A stretch of 64,000 nucleotides of DNA from an uncultured Thermodesulfobacteriota bacterium. Lineage in GTDB: Bacteria > Desulfobacterota > WTBG01 > CAIYCZ01 > CAIRTM01. Positions 56,189-64,000 of the stretch are shown here, in pieces (positions within the stretch are counted from its first letter, which is position 1; every line of letters starts with the position of its first letter). Below the pieces are notes generated by a model that saw only the letters and a list, made by a program, of their open reading frames with translations, searched no databases and had not been told where the DNA came from. A program made the position numbers and the translations under genes. The stretch spans positions 2,139 to 66,138 of the forward strand of contig CAYLYF010000004.1 of the NCBI GenBank assembly GCA_964387595.1, given 5' to 3'.

Positions 56189-57040
56189 CTATTTCCGGTT
56201 AAGAATTTCGTATATTTCATCGACCTGTTTGTCGGTAATCTTCGCACCCTTTTTCTGCATCATTTTAATTATCTCTTTGGGAACACCTGAGGTATAGGGG
56301 TCCTTTGCACATGTTTTGACAATAACGTCCATCGGATGGCACTGGGTACACTCACTCTTAAACAACGGCTGCAGCCAGAAAGGCGCTTCAAGAAATTTTG
56401 CAATATTAATGACCTCCTCATCAGACATGTCCGCACCCTTTTTTTTCTGCATCTCCAGTACAATTTCCATGGCCTTTTTCTCATTATCGTGTATTTTCTG
56501 AGCCCGGGTCGCATCATGACATTTGGTGCACTTATCAGAAAATATATCCAAAAGTGTTATATATTTTTCAAATTTTGCCTTCTTATTAAGCAGTTCATGG
56601 ATAACCTTGGCCTGTTCATCCGTTATGTTCGCTCCTTTTTTCTGCATCCGCTTAATGGCTTCCATTGGAACCGGTCCTTTATCACAGACCCGGATAACCC
56701 TGTCCAGGTTGTGGCATTTTGTACATTCCGTCACCAGCATTTCCCATGATGGTTTTTCAAGTACACCGGCTACATTTAAAGCTTCTTCTACTGAAATACC
56801 GGAATCCTTCTTTTGCTGCATCTTCTTCACGATCTCTGTGGGAGATTTTTCCAGTTTGTGGATATTTTGCACACGAGAGGCATCATGGCATTTGGTACAC
56901 TTTTCTTTAACAAAACTTAAAAGTACCATCTCCCTGTCAGCAGCACCACTTGCCATCTCTTTGTCAGCAGCACCACAACCGCTTAAAAAGAAAACGGTAA
57001 ACGAAAAAACAACGGCTATCATAAGCATGCTTTTTTTCAT
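56189..57040 (-). CDS. Tetraheme c-type cytochrome lipoprotein of four tandem monoheme domains
   Basis: Lipobox LSGC; CTKCH three times and CTQCH, each followed by an MQ(K/Q)K motif. Confidence 0.88.
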   Translation of the reverse strand: MKKSMLMIAVVFSFTVFFLSGCGAADKEMASGAADREMVLLSFVKEKCTKCHDASRVQNIHKLEKSPTEIVKKMQQKKDSGISVEEALNVAGVLEKPSWEMLVTECTKCHNLDRVIRVCDKGPVPMEAIKRMQKKGANITDEQAKVIHELLNKKAKFEKYITLLDIFSDKCTKCHDATRAQKIHDNEKKAMEIVLEMQKKKGADMSDEEVINIAKFLEAPFWLQPLFKSECTQCHPMDVIVKTCAKDPYTSGVPKEIIKMMQKKGAKITDKQVDEIYEILNRK

Positions 57041-57272
57041 TTTTCCCTCCTCTTGTTTTAATTTATTTAACCTATTATATTAAACGTAATCTTAGTTTGA
57101 TGAAGCATATAAGACAAAAAATTGAACGAATAAATTTATATATATTATTTTAGCTATATAACAGAATATCTAACATTATGCCAGCATGAATTTATTAAAA
57201 GAATAAGTTAATTTTAGTATATTATAATTAATTAAACCCGCTGAGACAGAATATTTTTTAATCTTTAAGCTT

Positions 57273-57828
57273 TTATGCTTTCCTGAAGCAGTTTTCTCCC
57301 TCTTTTATTCCACTGCTGAACGGCTTTTGACAGCCCAGCCACATCAAAAACGGCATTCCTGCCCCCCATATAATCATCAGCCAGATTAAACTAACAACCG
57401 TATTATCCATAATCTCAATCGCCCCGATCTTCTCGCCGCCAAAATAACTTAAGGGTCCGGCAACAGCCCCCAAAGACGCCGCCAGCAGATATCGCCGGTT
57501 CAGCCAGGATAAAGAGTAATGCAGCGTCGAAGCAAAAAGCGCCCACAACGCTAGAAACCATAAAGGCACGATCCAGTCCGCGTAAAAACTCCCGTTGAAC
57601 CGGCAAATCCCAAATAATCCGGCCAGAGCTTCAACACACCCGCCCAACAGGGTCACGCTTAAAATAAAAATCCTGCTTCCTCCGTTTAGAAAATGAAAAA
57701 TGCATAAAAAGCATAAAAGCAACAACCCCGATCGCAACCCACTGTCGTTCATATGCCGCGCTGAATGCACAGGTGAACCATCCCACCTGAAAACCGATAA
57801 AATTAATGATTTTTATAATCGTCTGCAA
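57273..57828 (-). pseudogene. DUF2878 family membrane protein, frameshifted near 57666-57670
   Basis: N-terminus INFIGFQVGWFTC in one frame and PLWFLALWALFASTL..SLSWL..GPLSYFGG in another; the shift lies in a short T run (could be a sequencing error). Confidence 0.8.
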
Positions 57829-57912
57829 TAAAAAGTCTTCACCAAAAAAAAGGTTTCCCGCTTACAAAACAAATCATCCCATTTCTTACTTTGATTTTAT
57901 TGACATCTGGCT

Positions 57913-59193
57913 TCATCTACCCTGACAACGGTTAAACGGTTTACTGAGCAACAGCTGTACATCTCCGATCACCCGTTCTTCAAATGCGCCCTCACAATAG
58001 CAAAAATAAGCTTCCCACATCCGTATAAAGGTTTCACCGAAACCTAACTTTCTGACAGCCTCTATATTTCCAAAAAAATTATTACGCCAGTATTGCAGGG
58101 TTTTGACATAATGCGGACCGATTTCCTGCAGATCAAATACTGTAAAATCCGTAACCCGTTTGACACAATCTGTTATCGCACTAATAGATGGCAGCGCACC
58201 CCCCGGAAAGATATAACGCTGAATAAAATCGACCGAATCTTTGGCCGCTTCATAACGCTGATCTTTTATGGTGATGGATTGAAGCAGCATGAGACCGGTG
58301 GGTTTCAACAAATCACTGCAGATTTTAAAGAACGTATCAAAATAAGCATGCCCAACAGCTTCGATCATTTCAATAGATACCAGTTTGTCAAATTTTGCAT
58401 TCAGCTTATCAGGAAGGGTGCGGTAATCAGAACTAATCAGGGTAATACGCTCTTGAAGTCCTTCGTCAACAATACGCTGCTGCGTCCAGGCATGTTGTTC
58501 TTTAGAAATTGTCGTGGTGGTGACATGACAACCATAGTGTTTAGTTGCATGAATCGCCAGGGCTCCCCAGCCGGTTCCAATTTCGAGAAGCCGGTCCTCC
58601 GGCTGAAGATTAAGTTTTCGGCAGATGACATCCAGCCGGTGTTTTTGAGCATCATAAAGAGAGCTGTCCGGCTTTGGAAAGATCGCACATGAATACATCA
58701 TGGTCTCATCCAGAAAGAGCCGGTAAAAGTCGTTGCCAAGATCATAATGCGCTTCAATATTTTGACGACTCCCCTTTAAGCTGTTGCGGTTGAGCCAGTG
58801 ATAAAATCTTTGAAAGATCTGACTAAATTTAGAGAAACCGCTGTCCACACCTAAAAGCAGAGATTCATTTATAGCAAATATGCGGACAAAACCGGTCAGG
58901 TCATCACACACCAGGTCCCCGCGCATGTACGCTTCCGCCACACCGATACTGCCGCCAAGAACCAGGGCGGTATAAAACCCAGGGTCATAAACAGTTATAG
59001 TTACAGATAAGGGCTGCCCCGTATCCTTTGATCCAAAAGTCAGGGTTCCCTCTTCATCTAGCAGCTGGAGTTTTCCATGTTTCAGCAGAGAAAGCTTTCC
59101 AACTACCAGACCCTTCATCCAGCGCTGAAAAAAGGTTAATTGAACCGGTTTTGTTTTTTTTACCTGTTCGTTCGGTAGAAGTATTGTTTTCAT
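57913..59193 (-). CDS. cfa: Cyclopropane-fatty-acyl-phospholipid synthase family methyltransferase (UfaM-like)
   Basis: NIEAHYDLGNDF, MMYSCA, LEIGTGWG, SIEMIEAVG, FIQRYIFPGG, YFCYCEGAF. Confidence 0.93.
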   Translation of the reverse strand: MKTILLPNEQVKKTKPVQLTFFQRWMKGLVVGKLSLLKHGKLQLLDEEGTLTFGSKDTGQPLSVTITVYDPGFYTALVLGGSIGVAEAYMRGDLVCDDLTGFVRIFAINESLLLGVDSGFSKFSQIFQRFYHWLNRNSLKGSRQNIEAHYDLGNDFYRLFLDETMMYSCAIFPKPDSSLYDAQKHRLDVICRKLNLQPEDRLLEIGTGWGALAIHATKHYGCHVTTTTISKEQHAWTQQRIVDEGLQERITLISSDYRTLPDKLNAKFDKLVSIEMIEAVGHAYFDTFFKICSDLLKPTGLMLLQSITIKDQRYEAAKDSVDFIQRYIFPGGALPSISAITDCVKRVTDFTVFDLQEIGPHYVKTLQYWRNNFFGNIEAVRKLGFGETFIRMWEAYFCYCEGAFEERVIGDVQLLLSKPFNRCQGR

Positions 59194-59232
59194 ATCACAA
59201 AATATATTTGTTTCATCTAAAATTAAACAGAA

Positions 59233-60009
59233 TCAATCAATAACTGCCGTCCCGGGAGGCGGCACATACGGCACTTTTTTAAACCATAATTTAAGCGCCT
59301 GATAATAAATCAGGCTTATCACCTGTCCGGTCATCCATGGAAATTTTAATAACAAGTGAGCCAGGTTCCATCCGTTAATGACCTGTCGCTTCAATTCAAG
59401 CTTCACATCCAGAAGTGTCTCACTTGGATCTTTTACTTCAATTTGAACAAACAGACTTTCCGAAGGTACTGTTATCTGCCAGAAATATTCTAAATCCATT
59501 TTCATAAAAGGAGATACATGAAAGCATTTTTTATTATTAAATTTCAGCAAACGGTTTTTATCAGTATTGCAAGCCTCTTTTCCCTCTTCTATGGGAAGCA
59601 CATATACATGTTTTTGACCCCAGGGCGTATTACTCACTTCGCCCACAATCACATCCAGATGTATTCCGGTTTCATCAAAACAGTAATAGATACAAATGGG
59701 GTTAAAGTAGTAACCGAAATAACACAAGTGCGTTAACATCCGGATCGGCCCTTTCGGACGGCGGCCGATCTCATTTTCCACTTTGTCCCGGATCGTTTGG
59801 TCAAGCGTCAGCAATGGATCACCAAAATGGTCTGACCGTCTCAACCGGCACAGAGATGCCTTGTCCACAGACCAGAACAGACGCCCTTTAAAAACGGCAT
59901 CAATTTCAGCCAAATCCAGATAAACCAAAAAAATCTTATAATTAAAATTATTTTGTGCGGGGGTCAGGCGCTTATGCGTGACCTTTCCTTCGTAAATCGA
60001 ACTGTTCAT
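59233..60009 (-). CDS. DUF1365 family protein (UfaO-like)
   Basis: IYEGKVTHKR, GYYFNPICIYYC, EVSNTPWG, KCFHVSPFM, IYYQALKLW. Confidence 0.92.
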   Translation of the reverse strand: MNSSIYEGKVTHKRLTPAQNNFNYKIFLVYLDLAEIDAVFKGRLFWSVDKASLCRLRRSDHFGDPLLTLDQTIRDKVENEIGRRPKGPIRMLTHLCYFGYYFNPICIYYCFDETGIHLDVIVGEVSNTPWGQKHVYVLPIEEGKEACNTDKNRLLKFNNKKCFHVSPFMKMDLEYFWQITVPSESLFVQIEVKDPSETLLDVKLELKRQVINGWNLAHLLLKFPWMTGQVISLIYYQALKLWFKKVPYVPPPGTAVID

Positions 60010-60022
60010 ACCGACAAGCCTC

Positions 60023-61276
60023 TCAGGTTCTGTTGATTGATTCATCAAAACGCTTAATCGCTTTCAAGGCGCTGATAACGCCGTCTTCGTGAAAGCCGTA
60101 TCGCCAATAGGCTCCGCAGAAATGGGTGCGGTTGTGTCCGCTGATCTCATGGTGCCGGGACTGGGCATCAATGCCTTTCTGCAAAAAAACCGGGTGGTGA
60201 TAAATAATACGCCTGATGGTCTGGCTTGGATTCAGAACACCGGGATAATTGAGGGACACACAAAAGGTCTGCTGTGCAGATAAAGACTGCAGAATATTCA
60301 TATTGTAGGTCAATACGACCCGGTCAGACAGGCCCGGGGGGATATGGTAATTCCAGGCCGCCCAGCAATTTTTACGGATCGGCAATGCACTCTGATCGGT
60401 ATGTAAAACTGCGGAATTCTCCTGATATGGGATTGCGGAAAGGATCTCGTGCTCATTAGAGCTGGCATCTTTAAGCAGATCCAAAGCCTGATCACTATGG
60501 CAGGCAAAGAACACATGGTCGCAGCTAACCTCCGTACCGTTAGAGAGTTTAATTGCGCAGTGGTCCTGATGACGGGTAACGGCCTGAACCGCAGTGTCCA
60601 AGTGAATATTTTGAGAAAACCCGCTGATCATTTTTTTAACGTATTCTCTGGAACCGCCGGTAATGACCCGCCATTGGGGGCGATCATTGATATTTAGCAA
60701 ACCATGATTATTGAGAAATCTTAGAAATGTATTCGCCGGATAACCGAACATTTTACGAGGATCGGTCGACCAGATAGCCGCTCCCATAGGGATAAGGTAA
60801 TGGTCACGAAACCGATCGCCAAAACCATATTGATTTAAAAACTCACCCAGACTAATCGACAGATCTCCTGATTCAACAAATATTTTTCCAATGCGGTTAA
60901 AACGAAAAATATCATAGAGCATTTTATAGAAAGACGGACTCAAAATATTTTTACGCTGGCCAAAAAGGCCATTCAAAGAATTGCCGCAATATTCCAGGCC
61001 TGTCTTTTCACATTTTACAGAAAAGCCCATACTGCTGGGTTGTGATTCAACTCCCAGCTCATCAAGCAGTGAAATAAAATTAGGGTAGGTCCAGTCATTA
61101 AATACAATAAATCCGGTGTCCACTGCAAAGTTTCGTCCCTCCGCTTCAACATCAACGGTATGGGTATGTCCGCCGATATAACTGTTTGCCTCAAAGACCA
61201 GAATCTCATGATCTTTGTGCAAACGATATGCAGCTGTTAGTCCCGAAATGCCGCTTCCGATAATTGCGATTTTCAT
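60023..61276 (-). CDS. FAD-dependent oxidoreductase, amine oxidase-like (UfaD-like)
   Basis: IAIIGSGISGL, GGHTHT, VDTGFIVFN, AAWNY, CGAYWRYGFHEDG. Confidence 0.92.
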   Translation of the reverse strand: MKIAIIGSGISGLTAAYRLHKDHEILVFEANSYIGGHTHTVDVEAEGRNFAVDTGFIVFNDWTYPNFISLLDELGVESQPSSMGFSVKCEKTGLEYCGNSLNGLFGQRKNILSPSFYKMLYDIFRFNRIGKIFVESGDLSISLGEFLNQYGFGDRFRDHYLIPMGAAIWSTDPRKMFGYPANTFLRFLNNHGLLNINDRPQWRVITGGSREYVKKMISGFSQNIHLDTAVQAVTRHQDHCAIKLSNGTEVSCDHVFFACHSDQALDLLKDASSNEHEILSAIPYQENSAVLHTDQSALPIRKNCWAAWNYHIPPGLSDRVVLTYNMNILQSLSAQQTFCVSLNYPGVLNPSQTIRRIIYHHPVFLQKGIDAQSRHHEISGHNRTHFCGAYWRYGFHEDGVISALKAIKRFDESINRT

Positions 61277-61384
61277 ACGCCACCTCTGAAAAGTTGCCGA
61301 TTAAAAATCGTTAACCACAAACCTTTATATTATAAAAAGAGGCCTCACATCACATCCGGACATTAAAGCCGGGCCGGGACTCTC

Positions 61385-62155
61385 TTATTTTGGATTTGTT
61401 ATTTTTGTCACGATACGGGTTTGCCAGCTGCTCGGCAGCGAACCCATTATCTTCATCAGCATGGCAAACACAAACGGAAAATAAATTTCTTCTTTTTGTT
61501 TTTCAAGTCCGTCAGCAATAATCTTTGCAGCACGTTCAGACTCAATAATCATCGGCATGGGAAAATCGTTCTTGTCAGTCAAGGGTGTTTTTACAAAACC
61601 GGGACAGATAATTGAAACCGGGATCTTTTCAGGAACCAGGCTGATCCGCAGGGCCTGAAGCATGTTCCTGACCGCTGCTTTAGACGCGCCGTACGCTTCG
61701 CTGCGCGGCATACCCAGATAACCGGCAAGACTGCTCATACCGACCAAATGGGGATGTTGAGAAAACCGCAATGCAGGAAGAACGGCCTCAATACCATAGA
61801 CCATAGACATGACATTGATTTTCAGGATATTTTCAAAAAGAAGGCTGTCAAAATTCTTAATATCGACATATTGCGCGCTGCCGGCATTGAACAGGGCAAT
61901 ATCAATCCTACCAAACTCCGCAACAATCTTTTCAACCGCAAACAAATTTGCCTGCCGGTCGCACAAATCAGCCGGAACCACTAAATGCCCTTCACCGTCC
62001 AGTTCCTGTATTAAGGTCTGAAGTCTAGACTCATTGCGGGCAGTAACAGCCAAACGGGCGCCACGTCCGGCAAGCTCCATAGCCACAGCACGTCCGATAC
62101 CGGTAGATGCTCCTGTGATCCAGACATTTCGTCCTTTAAAGCCGTTTTTCTTCAT
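61385..62155 (-). CDS. Short-chain dehydrogenase/reductase
   Basis: WITGASTGIG, NAG, YGASK, PGFVKTPLTDKNDFPMP. Confidence 0.93.
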   Translation of the reverse strand: MKKNGFKGRNVWITGASTGIGRAVAMELAGRGARLAVTARNESRLQTLIQELDGEGHLVVPADLCDRQANLFAVEKIVAEFGRIDIALFNAGSAQYVDIKNFDSLLFENILKINVMSMVYGIEAVLPALRFSQHPHLVGMSSLAGYLGMPRSEAYGASKAAVRNMLQALRISLVPEKIPVSIICPGFVKTPLTDKNDFPMPMIIESERAAKIIADGLEKQKEEIYFPFVFAMLMKIMGSLPSSWQTRIVTKITNPK

Positions 62156-62508
62156 CTTAAATTACTTTACTAAATTTTCGTCTTAGAAAAATATTTCAGA
62201 TTTTAAAAACGCCAGAATGTGTTCCAGATTCATCTAAAGAGGAGAAGGGATTTCGATCAAACGACTCAAATGCATCTCGGATTAAGGAAAAAATTCAATA
62301 AAAAATTTTCAGACAGGGTCATTCATTCAGTAATTGATTCCAGGCGACCGCACCGTCTGCCATTTCACATAATTATTTTAGGTATAACATGGATAAAATA
62401 AAAATCAAATTTAAAGCAAAATTACTTTAAATGCATAATAAACAAAACAGGTTTCCGGGGTATCTTAAAGCCCATGACAATATTAATAAAATAAGACTCT
62501 ACGAATGT

Positions 62509-63117
62509 TCAATCCCTGATATCGTCAAGCAGTGTATCCCTCAGTTTTTTATCCACAGGCTCTTTTCCCAGCCAGATAGCAAAATAGGCTCTCGCAAAAT
62601 CCGCACCCCTAATTGTGATTAAAGGTTTGGAATTCAATGTCATCTGGATCCCTTTTCCCGGAATATAGGTAAGTGCATAACGGTCTTTGGGTTTCACATC
62701 CTGATAAGCACTATGAAATTTTTCTAATCGGCTGTTCAGCTTTTTCAATAACAGATCCGTCTCATTTCTCCGCAAGACCTTATTCGCTGCCGAAACCATA
62801 TCCGCAGCAGAAATACTCCGAAAATACGACAGCTCAAGCCGCTTTGGAACTTCTTCTAAAACATCTTTGACCAAAAAGTCCTCCCCCTGGTACAGAGCAA
62901 CAGAATAAACCTTAAAGATCTTTTTATAGCGAAGCAAACCGACCGTTTCAAGCTTTAAACGACTGCCATCCACAATAATGCTTTCATCAAAACTTACTCC
63001 TGAAATTTCTCGTGTACCTTTCTCCGCATAGGCAGAAAAACCGATTACAGCTAAAAATCCGATTAAAACAAAATTAAATTTCAATATTTTTCTTATCGGG
63101 AATATTTTAATCGTCAT
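62509..63117 (-). CDS. Chalcone isomerase-like fatty-acid-binding protein
   Basis: GLLRYKKIFKVYSVALY, LELSYFRSI, DFARAYFAIWLG..P...LR..LL. Confidence 0.88.
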   Translation of the reverse strand: MTIKIFPIRKILKFNFVLIGFLAVIGFSAYAEKGTREISGVSFDESIIVDGSRLKLETVGLLRYKKIFKVYSVALYQGEDFLVKDVLEEVPKRLELSYFRSISAADMVSAANKVLRRNETDLLLKKLNSRLEKFHSAYQDVKPKDRYALTYIPGKGIQMTLNSKPLITIRGADFARAYFAIWLGKEPVDKKLRDTLLDDIRD

Positions 63118-63250
63118 TTACTCCAGAAAATCCTATGGGTTTCAATTTTCCAGCATAAGAAGCGACGTCTCAAAAAGACGTTGCAAAACAAAAAACATAC
63201 AAGTAAGATGACAAAAATACGGCAATAGAAACCCGTGCAGGCAGCTAAAG

Positions 63251-63709
63251 ATGAAACCCACAGAAGAGACTTATGATTCAGGTTTTAAAAACTACCTGAC
63301 CGCCTTAGAAAATTTAAACGCTGAAAAAGTAGCGGGTCTGGAAAGTGTCATGTGCAGCGATATTCATTTCGTTGACCCGTTTAATGATGTGACCGGGCTG
63401 GAAAAAGTTCAGATGATCTTCAGACACATGTACCAAAAAATCAAAGATGCCCGTTTTATAATCCTCAATTCCGCACTGGACCTTAAGAGCCCTGATCCGG
63501 TAGGCCTGATCCGTTGGCGAATGGTAGGGAACCTAAGCTCAAATGACCTCCCCTGGCCCATCGAGGGAATGAGTGAAGTACGCTTTGCGGATGACGGCCG
63601 GGTGCGGGAACATATCGACCACTGGGATGCCAGCGCACAATTTTTTGAACGCCTGCCTATCATCAGCTGGGTGATCCGGTTTATCAAAACCCGCATTAAG
63701 CCATCTTAA
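63251..63709 (+). CDS. SnoaL/NTF2-like protein
   Basis: HFVDPFNDVTG, IFRHMY, GMSEVRF, HIDHWDA. Confidence 0.88.
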   Translation: MKPTEETYDSGFKNYLTALENLNAEKVAGLESVMCSDIHFVDPFNDVTGLEKVQMIFRHMYQKIKDARFIILNSALDLKSPDPVGLIRWRMVGNLSSNDLPWPIEGMSEVRFADDGRVREHIDHWDASAQFFERLPIISWVIRFIKTRIKPS

Positions 63710-63999
63710 TCTTTTATTTTCTGAAAAGAAAGAAAGACCGTTCCAACCTTTAACCCCCAGCGCCTCACCGTTGCCAGATTAAGAAGTACATCATTGGGCT
63801 GCAGAAACATCCAGTCATCAAAATTAACTTTCCAGGTCCCATCACCCACCTTAAGATTAAAATCATATTTCCAGTTAAAGGCATTCCCGCTTAAATGACC
63901 CGCCGCATCTCCGACAGCATTGTCCGTCTTACCAACATAGCTGCCGTCATATTTCTTTCGAATCACCCATACGCGATTTTCTTTTTCCCCGTCATTATA
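63706..63999 (-). CDS. DUF3833 family protein, 5' end outside the window
   Basis: YNDGEKENRVW, GNAFNWKY, FDDWMFLQ, RWGLKVG. Confidence 0.85.
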   Translation of the reverse strand, partial: YNDGEKENRVWVIRKKYDGSYVGKTDNAVGDAAGHLSGNAFNWKYDFNLKVGDGTWKVNFDDWMFLQPNDVLLNLATVRRWGLKVGTVFLSFQKIKD

Positions 64000-64000
64000 A

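Noticed and set aside
1-64000. CRISPR arrays, rRNA, tRNA, integron attC arrays, intact transposases or integrases
   Set aside because: None seen by eye; a tRNAscan/Infernal run would be needed to exclude small RNAs.

Overview
Bacterial chromosomal window from what looks like an anaerobic deltaproteobacterium (Desulfobacterota-like). This is inferred from the W-AOR, CCG Fe-S protein, DUF1302/DUF1329 pairs and a characteristic intergenic repeat. All family calls come from motif recognition by eye, not database searches. (1) 1-1545: partial typA. (2) 1.8-38.6 kb: a TetR/MarR-controlled catabolic island unusually rich in tetrapyrrole-handling folds. It holds three ferredoxin-dependent bilin reductase (FDBR/RCCR)-like proteins (one fused to a 2[4Fe-4S] ferredoxin, one membrane-anchored), a divergent HemF-fold protein, a HemG-like flavodoxin, a cytochrome c/split-barrel fusion and two geranylgeranyl-reductase-type flavoproteins. 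These sit with a GlcDEF-like trio, CoA transferase, amidohydrolase, thiolase, SDR, an atypical AOR, two DUF1302/DUF1329 envelope pairs and secreted beta-propellers. My best candidate for an undescribed system is an anaerobic tetrapyrrole (bilin/porphyrin/chlorophyll catabolite) uptake-and-degradation pathway. The island also has two operator families and a duplicated, covarying RNA hairpin kept after both flanking genes were lost. (3) 38.6-48.9 kb: MITE, LTA synthase family, an apparent GC-skew switch with a dif-like half-site, DNA repair genes, csp, pfk, a ParB-N-only gene and a WYL regulator. (4) 48.9-54.8 kb: an insert bounded by a duplicated WYL 3' end (PlsY-like plus dikinase, TspO, CIA30 pseudogene, UV glycosylase). 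(5) 54.8-64 kb: photo-oxidative stress/furan-fatty-acid-type module and a tetraheme lipoprotein. No rRNA, tRNA or CRISPR array was seen.
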